This document shows, in pieces, positions 13,740 to 27,000 of a stretch of DNA of 64,000 nucleotides. How positions within the stretch are numbered: the first letter of the stretch is position 1; every line of letters starts with the position of its first letter. The DNA is from Antedon mediterranea. Its lineage: Eukaryota; Animalia; Echinodermata. A program made the position numbers and the translations under genes. The stretch covers positions 9,662,201 to 9,726,200 of the forward strand of contig NC_092670.1 of the NCBI RefSeq assembly GCF_964355755.1, given 5' to 3'. The notes under the pieces were generated by a model. That model made no database searches, was not told where the DNA came from, and saw nothing but the letters and a program-made list of their open reading frames with translations.

Positions 13740-14293
13740 ATGGTCAGCAATACATCGTCGTTTGTACAGTAACAGAGGCGTCTAGGCTCGTAGAGGTGAC
13801 CCTGGAAAACAAGGCTATTGATGTTCTGAGAGATAACAACAAGCAGAAACGTATGCAGGAGATGGGCAGGGACCACTCCAAGGCGAAGATGCCGCCAAAG
13901 ACGAAGGGAAATTTTGGCGACTTCAAGGAAGATGCTCCAGATCAGCTTCCAATGCCCATCGTGAAGGTCTCCACTGATGCCAACGGGAAGAAGAGGATAT
14001 AAATTCATATGGCCATAGCTTGCACATATCGAAACAGCGAGGAGGTGTTGGCTTCGGAAGGATTATGCCTTCGGACCGTGCGAGCTGCAATTATGCCGTT
14101 TTCGGCCTCGAGAAATATGATGGCGAGACACTGCATAATCGAGGAAGAGGACGAAAACACAAACGACCAGATGTTGGACCGGATATCAAAACTTCCCTTT
14201 TACTCGGTTGAAGAAGATGCGCACATGCTCTACTTCTTCCGCAACAAGGATAAAAGGTGTTACAGCTGTGGTGACGATACCATGCGGCCAAAC
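13740..14293 (+). pseudogene. Unknown ORF-X copy
   Basis: ORFs 13796-14002 and 14009-14311, frameshifted. Confidence 0.7.
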
Positions 14294-14822
14294 AGTTCAG
14301 GCAATGGATAGAGATCCTGAATGTCATGGATGTTTCCAGGTGGAAGAACGAAAACAAGTGCTTACAAAGGCCATTGAGAGCACCACATATCTCTTTACAC
14401 ATGGACTTTTAAAGATGATATGAAATGATTTTGAAAATTTAAATAAATTAGTGTTTATGAATCTGTCTAATGTAAATAACTAACACACCAGAAATTAGGT
14501 TTAAATACCTCATAAAACTCGAAAAATAAACAAATTAAGTTTTAAAGAAAATCCTCCGGAAAATGGCCGACCAACTTGCACGCCATATTGGTTTTCACGA
14601 TCGCTCTAAACACACGTACGTCCGATCGCTTAGCTGATTTGAAATACCCGCGGTAGTAGCCACGGCAGCCGTTGTTATGTGATTGGTTACTCTTTTTCAA
14701 CCCAGCGAATCGTAATTGGTTGATTTCATGCACTTTGACAGAGACACAGAGAGCTTGACGTTTCATGCATGACGACGAAAACAACATGTGCGACACAATC
14801 TCACCATCATTATTTTCGCAAG

Positions 14823-15207
14823 ATGCCGAGTGCTTGTTGTATCGGTGGATGTAACCGGACTGGATCAACACACCCAAATGTTTCTTTTTTTTTATTCCCC
14901 GACAAGTTAAAACGCAGTGAAACGTTTAATAAATGGACTGAATTTGTTAAGTTAACTAGAAAGGGGTATGTGTGGAAGCGGACTAACAGAATATGTAGCG
15001 CCCATTTTTTAAACGCGGACATCGACAATTGTTTCCATATTTCTGAAATGAAGAAGACGGGGGTGGTGGTAAAGCCGAGACTAAAAACGGATGCTTACCC
15101 CACCATAAAAGCTCCGGTAAGTGAGGAAGAAGGCCTACCACCCCAACCCAAAAAAACGGAAAGTGCGGCCTCGGACTGCGGCGTGTCGAAGACGCGAGGT
15201 TGAAAGG
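14823..15207 (+). pseudogene. THAP zinc-finger exon (5' end of a THAP-bearing DNA transposon gene, truncated)
   Basis: MPSACCIGGC...FFLFP...W..FV...RICSAHF...RLKTDAYPTI gives the C2CH THAP signature and AVPTI-like box; GTAAGA donor at ~15208 but an in-frame TGA at 15201 and no downstream exon. Confidence 0.8.
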
Positions 15208-16082
15208 GTAAGAAATATTTTTATAAATTAAAATCCCCTGCGTGGACGGTTGCCTACGTATGTAACGTTGTCGTTCAAATCTAGGCCTAGCCTGATTATG
15301 CTATCATAATCGTTCGATTTAGTTTATGAAAATAATAATAAAATATTTAAATTAAAATATTTCCTTTTAAATCTGTGGGCCCAGAGGCCCAGACTATCTA
15401 GGTAACTATTATAGGTCCTCGTTGGTGAACCATTATACATAGGCCTATTATTACTATTAGGCCTAGTGTAACCAGGGATTTGTCCTGGTGTAACACTCTG
15501 ACCATCAGGTAAACAACCCTTCAATCACTATTTCTCCCTACTCCATCTATTAACATTCCTAGTGGTTTCTTCCTATCTCTAAGTACTCTTTTTTTACTGG
15601 CCTAAAACCCACATCCTTAATCAATTAGTGTTTCCTCATCATCATCAAGGAATGTTCCCCCAGGCTTGGTATGTTAGTTTTAACAAAAACCTAAACCACC
15701 TTGGCGTTAAAAAAAATAAATGTTTAGATGGTTAGTTTACGAATGCCCTCGTAAGAGAACTAAACGATGCCAAACAAGAACTGATGGAAACAAAAAAGCA
15801 ACTCTGCCAGCTGATAGGCGATGTTGAATCAAAAACAAAGGAATGGGAGAGAGAAAGACAGAATTGATGTTTGTAATGGAAAAAGAGAAAAAAAAATGTA
15901 CAAAGATTTAACTCTGCGAATGAAGACTAAAAATAAAAGACTTGCTAGAGAAACAAGAACTTTAAAAGGACAAATGCAAAGACGAGCTGGAGCGATTTTT
16001 TATCTGGAAAGAAGATTAGCGGAAGGAGAAGAACATCTGTGTATAGAACCAGATGAAGAAATTGTATATATTGATTAACCAA

Positions 16083-16400
16083 CTGAGTTTGTTTGAAGCA
16101 GATTATCGGTTGGTAGGGAAATATATCCAGCGTATTCAGCTGTTTGCCAAGACGGTGGAGGAGGATGAATATTTTGCCTTCACTGATGTCAAAGGCAAAA
16201 GCTGACCTCTGCCTTTGAAAAACGTCTGAAAATTGTATGGAAAAGTGCTGGGAAGAACTCCAAATTTAGCTGTTCGCAGCTTAGAAAATTTTTCACAACT
16301 GCCGTCAAGACCCTATGGTGAGAGTGCCTTTGGCAGCTCATCTCACCCACCGACCATCCACAGCAGACAGACACTACTCATTACAACAAGGCAGGATGAG
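16083..16400 (+). pseudogene. Tyrosine recombinase (type B) C-terminal catalytic fragment
   Basis: KRLKIVWKSAGKNSKFSCSQLRKFFTTAVK / VRVPLAAHLTHRPSTADRHY: box-II Arg, His and nucleophile Tyr of the phage-integrase/Crypton fold; frameshifted. Confidence 0.75.
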
Positions 16401-16551
16401 ATATTTTCATATAAATTTAGAATCACCGCGCAGGTATTTTCATTTATATAATTATGATGGCACAAGCTCAAGTAATTATGTTTGTTATGGAAGAGAAATT
16501 TAAAAAATTGGAACGAGAAAAAAAAATGTATAAAGAGTTTAGTCTTCGGAT

Positions 16552-17060
16552 GAAGAAGTGGCTTCTAGTTCTACATTTAAACGAGTCGCCCTATACGATA
16601 GTTTCAAGAGGTTTAAGAAATACCTGACCGACATGGATGGAAGGCTTTAGATAATCTGCGCAAGAGTGATGACGAAGACTTCATCTAGGATGAGTCGGAA
16701 TTTGTACGTGTCCGAGATTATATAATGATGCTGCTCGTATTAAATTCTGGCCAACGCAGCGGATGTCTTAAGAATCTCACTTAATATTCTAAATGCTGAG
16801 AAAAGAGGAACCCAGTGGATGATCCTAGCACCTTGACACAAGACTACGTCTACTAGTGGAGCAGCTAGGATCATCCATCCTCTTGGATGATGATTATCGT
16901 TTGGCTGAGAAATTTATCCAACGGATTCGGCCATGTGGTAATGAAGACGGTAAGACGCGTTACGCCTTCACTAATTTTGTGGAACTCTCCAGTTCTGTCA
17001 TTAGTAAACGACTGAAAACGGTTTGGGTAAGTGCAGGCAACAAGAGTAGGTTTAGCTGCT
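16552..17060 (+). pseudogene. Tyrosine recombinase (type A) fragment
   Basis: VRDYIMMLLVLNSGQRSGCLKNLT (box-I Arg) ... HKTTSTSGAARI (catalytic Lys) ... AEKFIQRIRP ... KRLKTVWVSAGNKSRFSC; frameshifts and stops. Confidence 0.75.
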
Positions 17061-17061
17061 G

Positions 17062-17430
17062 ACGATGGTCAGCAATACGTCGTTGTTTGTACAGTAACAG
17101 AGGCGTCTAGACTCGTAGAGGTGACCCTGGAAAACAAGGCTATTGATGCCCTGGGAGATAACAACAAGCAGAAACGCATGCAGGAGATGGGCAAGGACCA
17201 CTCCAATGCGAAGATGCCGCTAAAGACGAAGGGCAGTGTTGGCGACTTTACGGAAGATGATCCATATCAGCTTCCGATGCCCATCGTGGAGGTCGCCACC
17301 GATGCCGAAGGGAAGAAGAGGATAAAGTTTCATATGGCCTTAGCTTGCATATATCGAAACAGCGAGGAGGAGGCATTGGCTCTGGAAGGAATATGCATTC
17401 GGACCGAAAATGGAAACGTTCGAGCTGCAA
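17062..17430 (+). pseudogene. Unknown ORF-X N-terminal part fused to YR fragment
   Basis: ORF 17031-17459 GQQYVVVCTVTEASRLVEVTLENKAIDALGDNNKQKRMQEMG... Confidence 0.65.
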
Positions 17431-17549
17431 AACAAATAAAAAACAATGGAATAAAATAATAATTACTAAAGATTTATTATTCTTATTGTACAACAAATTA
17501 AACATTTTGTATGATGTTTTTTTGTTCTTTCAGCTAAAACATCATCAGA

Positions 17550-18385
17550 AGAAGGGCCTTCTAGTTCTACATTTAAACGAGTCGCCCTATACGATAGTTT
17601 CAAGAGATTTAAGAAATACCTGACCGACATGGATGGAAGGCTTTAGATAATCTGCGCAAGAGTGATGACGAAGACTTCATCTGCGATGAGTCGGAATTTG
17701 TACGTGTCAGAGATTATATAATGATGCTGCTCGTATTAAATTCCGACCAAAGCAGCGGATGTCTAAAGAATCTCACTTGAAGTGATAATCTAAATGCTGA
17801 GAAAAGAGGAACCCAGTGGATGATCCTAGCACCTAGACACAAGACTACGTCTACTAGTGGAGCTGCTAGGGATCATCCTCTTGGATGATGATTATCGTTT
17901 GGCTGAGAAATTTATCCAACGGATTCAGCCATGTGGTAATGAAGACGCGTTACGCCTTCACTAATTTTGTGGAACTCTCCAGTTCTGTCATTAGCAAACG
18001 ACTGAAAACGGTTTGGGTAAGTGCAGGCAACAAGAGTAGGTTTAGCTGCCGACGATGGTCAGCAATACGTCGTCGTTTGTACAGTGACAGAGGCATCAAG
18101 GCCCGTAGAGGTGATCCTGGAAAACAAGGCTATTGATGTGCTGTGGTGGCGATACCATGCGGCCAAACGGTTCGCTATCAACACCAACGCCAGACGAGAA
18201 AGCATTATCTCCTAGAACCATTGCTTCAATTACGAACGACTCAAGCCATCATACGAAAAAATATAAAGAGAACAGCCTGTCTACATCTAGAAAATCTATA
18301 AATTTCATATAGCCATAGCTTGCACATATCGAAACAGCGAGGAGGATAGCTCCGAAAGGATGCATTCGGACCGAAAATGGAAACA
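17550..18385 (+). pseudogene. Second copy of type-A YR fragment followed by internally deleted ORF-X
   Basis: Near-identical to 16555-17130 (offset about 990 bp), then ORF-X 3' sequence. Confidence 0.7.
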
Positions 18386-18386
18386 T

Positions 18387-18879
18387 TCACTCTAGATCCC
18401 CATCACCTCACTCTAGATCCCCATCACCTCACTCTAGATCCCCATCACCTCACTCTAGATCCCCATCACCTCACTCTAGATCCCCATCACCTCACTCTAG
18501 ATCCCCATCACCTCACTCTAGATCCCCATCACCTCACTCTAGATCCCCATCACCTCACTCTAGATCCCCATCACCTCACTCTAGATCCCCATCACCTCAC
18601 TCTAGATCCCCATCACCTCACTCTAGAGATCCCCATCACTTCACTCTAGATCCCCATCACCTCACTCTAGATCCCCATCACCTCACTCTAGATCCCCAGC
18701 ACCTCACTCTAGATCCCCATCACTCACTCTAGATCCCCATCACTCACTCTAGATCCCCATCACCTCACTCTAGATCCCCATCACCTCACTCTAGATCCCC
18801 ATCACCTCACTCTAGATCCCCATCACCTCACTCTAGATCCCCATCACCTCACTCTAGATCCCCATCACCTCCCTCTAGA
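18387..18879. repeat. 21-bp minisatellite, about 23 highly homogeneous units
   Basis: (TCACTCTAGATCCCCATCACC)n with only a few 1-2 nt indels; no spacers. Confidence 0.95.
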
Positions 18880-19419
18880 ATAAATGAAAAAGATTCACCA
18901 TTAGATTGGCCATTTTTTTTAAAAGAGTATGGATACACTTTTCAGAGATGGGTCCATTTAACATCCCTAGAATGTTGTTGAGTGTTAGAATTCGATGCAG
19001 GGCTGCATCTGAATCTTTTAACCAAAGCACAATTTTGGATAAAATGTGAAAAAGAAAAAAATTGCAACACGCTCTACTGATATGACACTATGATAATATA
19101 GTTGTATAAATACTGTAAACCAATGTGTGCATATTCATGAATGATATTCACTGTTGCATGTTTCTGGTCAAAAGGGACACTTTATCAATGCAGGGCTGCA
19201 TCTGAATCTTCCAATCAAAGCATAATTTTGGATAAAATGTGAAAAAGAAAAATTAGTGGTACAACTGTATTGTTGTACTGTAGCAATTAAAACGTGGAAA
19301 AGATTGGTATTTCATTTACAGAAATATTGTGTGCTGTAGAATGCTCATGCAAGAAAGTGGAAATGGAAGTTCATTCAATTAAGAGATATTTTGTGAAATA
19401 AAAGTTGTTTTGAATGTTG

Positions 19420-19915
19420 GAGGTGTACCCTATGAGGAGTGAAAGTAAATGGAGACGACTTGATTTTCTGATTTCGGATGGGGGGGGGGGGGAGTAATAG
19501 TATCAAGTGCAAACTGTCGAATCAGTTTTCATCAGAAGTGGGTGAAGAAACTGTAGGGAAGACAATTACATTAAAAAATGTGGAGGTTGACATGTTTAAT
19601 AATGTTAAACATTTACAATCAACAGATTTATCATGCCATACCTGATGTGGGCTACGCCCAAAACATGTCATATTATGTATATATTGAGGAAGTTTTAACT
19701 TGTTTGATTTTTATTTTTTCTACTGTTTTGCTGGTAAATGTCACCCAGACATCTGCAGAATGTTGCTCAATGCAGGAGTAAACATCAATCTTCCAAACAA
19801 AGAAAGCCATACATTGATTATATCCGAGTTAAAGAAGAATTAAAGAAGATTCATTACTTTACCAATGGATGTGCAGGTCTATACAAAAATAAGTCCAATT
19901 TTAAAAACATGATTT
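19420..19915 (+). pseudogene. OB-fold, ankyrin and Sola2-like fused remnants (copy)
   Basis: Parallel to 8877-9415. Confidence 0.55.
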
Positions 19916-20177
19916 TGATTTAGATTCCGAGTGGAATTTTAATACAGTAAAACCTCCACACATTATATTACATGGTGGAAGACCCAAAACTGTAACAGGA
20001 ACAGAGTGAGCAAACCAGCATCAACAAGAAGAAAAGAAGCAGACTATAAAAACAAGAAAGAATTTATTAAAATAAAACAAGAGGAGACGAGGACAACCAG
20101 AAAATTATTGTTACAAGACGAGACAAGCAGAAATCTACTTTACAAGAAAACAAGCAGAAAACTGTTTTACAAGGAAA

Positions 20178-20820
20178 CAAGCCAGGCTCTGGATCGAAGG
20201 GAAACAATTCGAATCTCTGGAATCTCTGAAAACACAATTTATCAACCGCTTTAGCAAAAATAAATCCATTTATGCCCATATAAGAGAGTATGATTCGATC
20301 ACATATAACACTGGCGACAACGCCGAAAAACATCTGACCAGGATTAAACAAGCCGCCGATAGAATAGGCTATGCAGACCAACAAATAAAAAACAAATTCA
20401 TTTCAACTCTCCCACCCAAATGTAGGGCAGCCGTAGCTATGTCTATCCCAATTGATGCTACACTAGACAACATTGTTACTTGTGCACAAAATTACTTAGA
20501 TCTTTCTGTGGATGATTCCCCACGGGAAGTTTCTTTTAACATCAAAGAAACAAATAGTCTTGAATTATTACAACACAAAATAAATTCCCTTAAACTGGAC
20601 CTAGCCACAGCAAAACGTTCCATTAACGACGATACAACTCGACGCTCACGTTCCAGTCCGAGTCCATACAAACCCCACTTCCCAAACCCACCTACCCCTA
20701 GATACAGACACCTCCCCCAACTTGGTATTTTTGTGGAAAGCCAGGTCACATACAAAGACACTGCCAACAAAGAAACCGTTCTTATGGAAATTATACCCCA
20801 CCATACCCATTACCCTAGCC
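20178..20820 (+). pseudogene. Gypsy-like gag remnant
   Basis: ORF 20439-20825; knuckle (W/C)YFCGKPGHIQRHCQQR in a shifted frame. Confidence 0.75.
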
Positions 20821-20902
20821 AGTGACCCATGCAGCTTGCGACGCACAAAGGGGTTGCAGAAATTCCCCATCAAGGGGTGCGGGCTTAGAGGGCCAGGCTC
20901 GA

Positions 20903-21215
20903 GAGAATGACCATAGCGTCATATCATGTTAACAACATTACTTCATCGGCATCGATGACATTGTTAGCTACCGAACCAAACACAAAAGTGTTCACAACAC
21001 ACGCGGAAACGAAAACCAAAATGGTTCGCTTAACTGACAAATCAAAGGTATATCAAAGGACAGCATTATATCAAGGTCAAACTGTGGAATCCGTTTTCGT
21101 CAGAAGTGGATGAAGAAAGTGTAGGGAAGACAATTACATTAAAAAAATGTGAAGGTTGACATGTTTAATAATGTTAAACATTTACGATCAACAGATTTAT
21201 CATGCCATACCTGAT
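20903..21215 (+). pseudogene. RPA-like OB-fold remnant (second variant)
   Basis: TEPNTKVFTTHAETKTKMVRLTDKS../IKVKLWNPFSSEVDEESVGKTITLK..VDMFNNVKHLRSTDLS; also at ~26445-26698. Confidence 0.5.
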
Positions 21216-21688
21216 GATGGGCTATGCCCAAAACATGTCATGTTATATACAGTATATATATATTGAGGAAGTTTAAACTTGTTTGATTTTTATTTTTTCT
21301 ATTTTTAACTTCTACTGTTGCATTTTGCTGTTAAATGTCACCCAGACATCTGCAGAATGTGCCTGCCAAATATAGGTAATCGTTGGTTAAAACTCTCTTC
21401 TGTTATAGTATTATGTTTAAATGACGCTTTTCAGTATTGTGATCAGCTCTTGTGCATGGATTTGTTGTAATTGTTATATCGACACTGTTGTCATCATTTA
21501 TATTACATTGTTTAAAATTACTGGTGAAAAAAAACTCTTTCATTCTATTTTAGTTGTCTGGAATGATGTTGATGATGGTGATGACAACAACAAACGACGA
21601 CAAAAACAAAATAATATTGGAAATTAAGAAGAAAAACAGGAAGACATCAAGTTTAAGAAGTTCAATTTATCTGATCCAAGCTGAGGAT

Positions 21689-21776
21689 GTCTAGAAAACT
21701 AAGATCTAGAAAACAATGACCTATAATAAGATATCTTATTATTGGTCTTTGTTTTCTAGATCTTAGTTTTCTAGAC
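21689..21776. repeat. ~88-bp near-perfect palindrome (foldback MITE remnant)
   Basis: GTCTAGAAAACTAAGATCTAGAAAACAA..ATAAGATATCTTAT..TTGTTTTCTAGATCTTAGTTTTCTAGAC; related pieces at ~30218-30306, 33047-33076, 25145 and 27749. Confidence 0.75.
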
Positions 21777-22179
21777 ACTTCAAGCTGAGTGAAGAATAAC
21801 AACAAAAACACTTAATTACATTTTTCAGAGGGCGCTTCTTCACTTTTTGTCCTGTTTAATTATTTGACCATTATTAAATATATCCGAAAAGCCAAAACAG
21901 AAAAGACAACTTTGGACATTTGACCAAGAGAAAGATTTATATTTGGCAAGAGCCACAGATCGCTGAGAAAGTAGAAGACAAGTCGTTTAGGCAGAAGGCA
22001 AATCTCAAGGAGTAAATTGCCCAACTGGTCGCAAAGCTGTTTTATATTCGCTGAACAGACAAAGGAACAGCAAACATCAAGCATGACTATCTAATCATCC
22101 AACCCACATTTAATCATCTCAACATTGCATTGTACACTATTATTGAACTAAATTTTTGCGGTATAATCCTCACTATTTA

Positions 22180-22865
22180 ATATGCTCTATCCTGTGCGAC
22201 AAAGCCACAGACGTTTTGCGTCAGTGTTAGATTCTTTGACGAGAAAGACAAGAGAGTGGTGACTGCATTCTATCGTTGGGGAAATGATGGAAATGCTGCT
22301 GGGTTGTTTGCTCTACTTCAAAAGACGTTGGAAGAAGATGGCTTAACATGGAAGTCTGTGATTGGGTATGCCTCAGATGGAGAAAATCTAATGCAAGGCG
22401 ACCTGAACTCTGTATTAACCAGAGTCAAAGAGGCATCACCCACAATATTTATCCTTAAATGTTTCTGCCAATGCTTTCATTTGGTGACAAGTCACGCATC
22501 TTAACATTTTTCAGAAAGTGTGGAGCAACTTGTGCACGATGTCTACAATTATTTTAAAAAGAGGTACGTCTACTAACATAATGTAGTTTTATGTGTAGTT
22601 TATGTGTAGTCCTTGATTTATATTGTGTTAAAGTGTATACTAAACATATCCTTGAACATATATTGCGCCTTCTAAATATCAGTAATATGAATTCTACTTT
22701 ATGTGTTTTTAAGGAAACTGAGATTTGAAGAGTTACAGCGAGAGTTTAGTGTTCAACCTCATAAACTTCTAAAGCCTTGTCAAACAAGGTTTACTTGCAA
22801 CTTGTGTACATAGAGTCCTTGAGCAGTGGAAAGTTTTGTATGAATTTTTTGATGCAGAAGCCTAT
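22180..22865 (+). pseudogene. hAT transposase remnant (ZNF862/Tip100-like)
   Basis: SVRFFDEK...GLTWKSVIGYASDGENLMQG.LNSV..RVKE..P.IFILKCFCQCFHLV (SDG and CxxH-like region), then HKLLKPCQTR...RVLEQW; stops present. Confidence 0.75.
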
Positions 22866-24057
22866 CTTTTGATCTTTTGAATTCAATGTAACGTTTTTAC
22901 TTTATATATTGTAGAGTTTTATTTGGTTTTTTTAGGCAAGCTTTAATATTTGTATGTCTGGATAACAACTGTTTAATAAATACTACTATCAACCAATAGT
23001 GAAGATCTACCAAGTGATGAAAGAAAGATGAAATGTGAAAGACCTTTACAGTTCATAGATTATGTTCTTCCAGACTTCACCATATTAAATAAAATGTTGA
23101 ATACACTCAGATGAATTTAAACTGCACAAGTAAGTTTGGGTAATTTGCCGATTTTAAAAACAGAATGGGGTTGCCAGATACTTTTTTATTTGCTTAATTT
23201 GTTTGTTTACTGTTTTATGGAGGCTGAACTTCAAAGGAAGCAAGTCAAATACCATTATTAATTAATCAACAATTCATAGAAGTCACTATAAACAAAGGAA
23301 TAAACAAACCATTATTAACCAATCAAGACCAATGAATCGACTTATATGGGTGGAGTCTAGTCCCCTTATAAAATAGAAACCCAGAGACTGAAAGAGTGAG
23401 TTTAAAAAAAAGAAAGATTCAAGAATCGAGAACACAGATAGACAGAGCTGAGGAACACTAAGAACTGCTGAACAACACAAAGAAGTAATAAAAAAAAGTG
23501 TGCTGTAGAATGTCTTTGTTCTATTCTTCAATTATTTGGCCATTCAAGATTTGGATAAGAACCAGCTAATAATAATAATTTAATCCTGTCTTATTGAATA
23601 AAAAACAAGATAAGAAGACTACCGTCAACTAGATACTACACTGTCAACTTTCTATTAATTCATTTGGATCGGACACTGTTCCTGATATTGTTTGATTGTT
23701 TGTTTCACCGTTTGCTGTACTACTACACTTGGACACACAAGTCACCACCTGAACTTGAACATTTTGTGCACATCTCCAATTATCTCATGTGAGTACATTA
23801 CTAGGTCTAGGTTTAATTACAGTAGGTGATCATTTAGAATAAAATGATCACCTATTGTTATTATATGAAATCTTTATTGGTTATTTTTTACAAGTTGCGG
23901 ATAACCCTTGTGATTGTAAATATCTTTTTGGTTATCCGCAACTTGACGCGTATGGTGCGCACGGAGTACGAAAATCATGTTTTTTTCTCTTGAATTGTAA
24001 TTTTCCAGCCTTTGCTAGTCATTTTTAAAAAGATCGACATCATTTCAAATTAAAATC

Positions 24058-27000
24058 AACATTTACAATCAACAGATTTATCATGCCATACCTGATGATG
24101 GGCTATGCCCAAAACATGTCATGTTATATATATATATTGAGGAAGTTTAAACTTGTTTGATTTTTATTTTTTCTATTTTTAACTTCTACTGTTGCATTTT
24201 GCTGTTAAATGTCACCCAGACATCTGCAGAATGCTGGTCAATGCAGGAGGAAACATTAATCTTGTTTGTTGATTATATCCGAATCTATAAGTTTGATGGG
24301 TAAATTTGACGAATTAAAGAAGGTTCATTACTTTACCCATGGATGCGCAGGTCAATTTATTTTTATAAATAATCTCAATATTTGAGTGGACGGATTACTG
24401 CGGTGGAATACAAACGGGAAGACAGGTGGCGTATACAGGAATGGCGAAGGCACTAAAATACACGGATGCGTTCAGGTCGATGGTAACATCGATGATGCTG
24501 GCCAATTCAAAAAGGCACGAAATTCCTGTGCTACCGACAATGCAGGTCAGCAATAGTAGTGACAGAGGCGTCTAGGCTAGTAGAGGTGACCCTGGAAAAC
24601 AAGGCTATTGATGCCCTGGGAGATAACAACAAACAGAAACGCATGTAGGAGATGGGCAGGGACCACTCCAAGGCGAAGGGCAGTGTTGGCGACTTCACGG
24701 AAAATGATCCAGAACAGCTTCCGATGCCCATCGTGGAGGTTGCCACCGATGCTGACGGGAAGAAGAGGATAAAACTTCATATGGCCATAGCTTGCACATA
24801 TCGAAACAGTGAGGATGCGTTGGCTCCGGAAGGAATATGCCTTCAGACCGAAAATGGAAACGTGAGAGCTGCAATTATGCCGTTTTCGGCCTTGAGAAAT
24901 ATGATGACACTGCATAATCGGGGAAGAGGACGAAAACACAAATGACCAGATGTTGGACCGGATATCAAAACTTCCCTTTTACTCGGTTGAAGAAGATGCG
25001 CACATGCTCTACTTCTTCGTCGTCGTTGATGATGGTGATGACAACAACAAACGACGACAAAAACAAATAATATTGGAAATTAAGAAGAAAAACAGGAAGA
25101 CATCAAGTTTTAGAAATTAAATTTATCTGATCCAAGCTGAGGATGTCCAGAAAACTAAGAAAAATTAGAAGAGGAAAGAAATAATTTAAAACAATTGGTG
25201 CTTCAAAAGAAGCAAAAAAACATTCGACTGTCAGGAGAAATAAGACAATTAAATCGCCGCTTGCAAAGTCGTGCAGGCGTAATATCCTATTTGGAAAACC
25301 AAAATTTTAATCTGAACAGAAGATTAGAGGAAGTAGAAGAAGAAGTGATACCAGATGAAGAAATTATTAATAACGCAGAAATACCAGATGAAGAAGAAGT
25401 TGTAACGGAAGAAGAAGAACAACGTCTGATTATACAACCAGACGATGAAGTTGTACTGTATATATCGAATAACTGTAAGTAATTTGAAATAATTTTAAAT
25501 TTAAATAACATATTATCAAAAGTTTTAAATTTCATTCAATTTGTTATCTTATTTTTATATGTTAAAGACCAGGTGCGGGCCAAACAAAAAAACAAAAACA
25601 AAAACAACTTTCTATTGATCATACATTCCAATAATTATCGATCTATAGTTTGCCCTAATATGTTTCATCATTTTGGGGGGGGGGGGGGGGCTTAATTGTG
25701 TTAACACGAGCTTGTTGAAAATAAGCACTTGTTTTTTAATCAGTGGAGGGGGGGGGGGGGCGTGGGGATAGACAAAACAAATTATTTTGTTTAAAATTCA
25801 TGCCTTGTACATGAGCTGTATAAGAAAACCTTTTATCACTTATTGAATATTTATTTACAGATATTTATAGTGAAGACTCGTTGGGGGCGAAGAAACACCA
25901 TATTGCAGTAGTAGTAGTAGCATATCTGCAGTTGGCGATGGTAAAAAAAATTAAACACAAAAATATCTTGTTGCTGGACATACACAAATGGAGGTGGACA
26001 GCATGATGCTTTTGATGAAATTGTAGGTTGTCATCATGAAGAATTGTCGACAACGACCAATGCCATACCCTGTTATTCAATTAAATCATGAACAGTTTTG
26101 AAAACTTACTGGAAGCTACCTGTCGAGTATACGGCCAGAAAAAAAATCAGGAGATCCAACTGTTCATAATTTGAGAGCGTTGGAGTATACCACCAATTAT
26201 CCATAGAAATCACAGTTATCTGTGTTTGAGCAATCATTTGTTCGACAGAGGTCACATAAGTTTAATATTCTCTTTTCTTTTTTATTTTTCACAACAAAAA
26301 CACCTTAATAAATTTGCTTTTACTCCATCAATAGAACCAATGCTGGAACAATTTTGCAAGTGGCAAAATTTTAGATTGTAGAGTCTTTCAAAAAACGATC
26401 ACAAACTTCAAAAGACCAAGTTTTTATTGTTGGATCAATTATTCGAGAGAATGACCATAGCGTCATATCATGTTATGTTAACAACATTACTTCATCGGCA
26501 GCGATGAGATTGTTAGCTACTGTACTGAACCAAACACAAAAGTATTCGCAACACACGCGGAAACAAAAACCAATATGGTTCGCTCGGAAAAATCAAGAAG
26601 AAAGTGTTGGGAAGACAATTACATTAAAAAATGTGGAGGTTGACATGTTTAATAATGTTAAACATTTACGATCAACAGATTTATCATGCCATACCTGATG
26701 ATGGGCTATGCCCAAAACATGTCATGTTATATATATATATTGAGGAAGTTTAAACTTGTTTGATTTTTATTTTTTCTATTTTTAACTTCTACTGTTGCAT
26801 TTTGCTGTTAAATGTCACCCAGACATCTGCAGAATGCTGGTCAATGCAGGAGGAAACATTAATCTTGTTTGTTGATTATATCCGAATCTATAAGTTTGAT
26901 GGGTAAATTTGACGAATTAAAGAAGGTTCATTACTTTACCCATGGATGCGCAGGTCAATTTATTTTTATAAATAATCTCAATATTTCAGTGGACGGATTA

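Noticed and set aside
16083-17060. Bacterial prophage integrase or contamination
   Set aside because: Fragments are broken, interleaved with eukaryotic TE pieces and contiguous with spliced animal genes.
18387-18879. CRISPR array, or a (LTLDPHH)n protein
   Set aside because: Units are contiguous with no unique spacers, there are no cas genes, and the context is eukaryotic; the ORF is a by-product of a 21-bp unit.
3883-20820. Intact LTR retrotransposon or DIRS element
   Set aside because: Only gag, leader and LTR-end pieces are present; no protease, RT, RNaseH or integrase motifs were seen, and there are no paired full LTRs.
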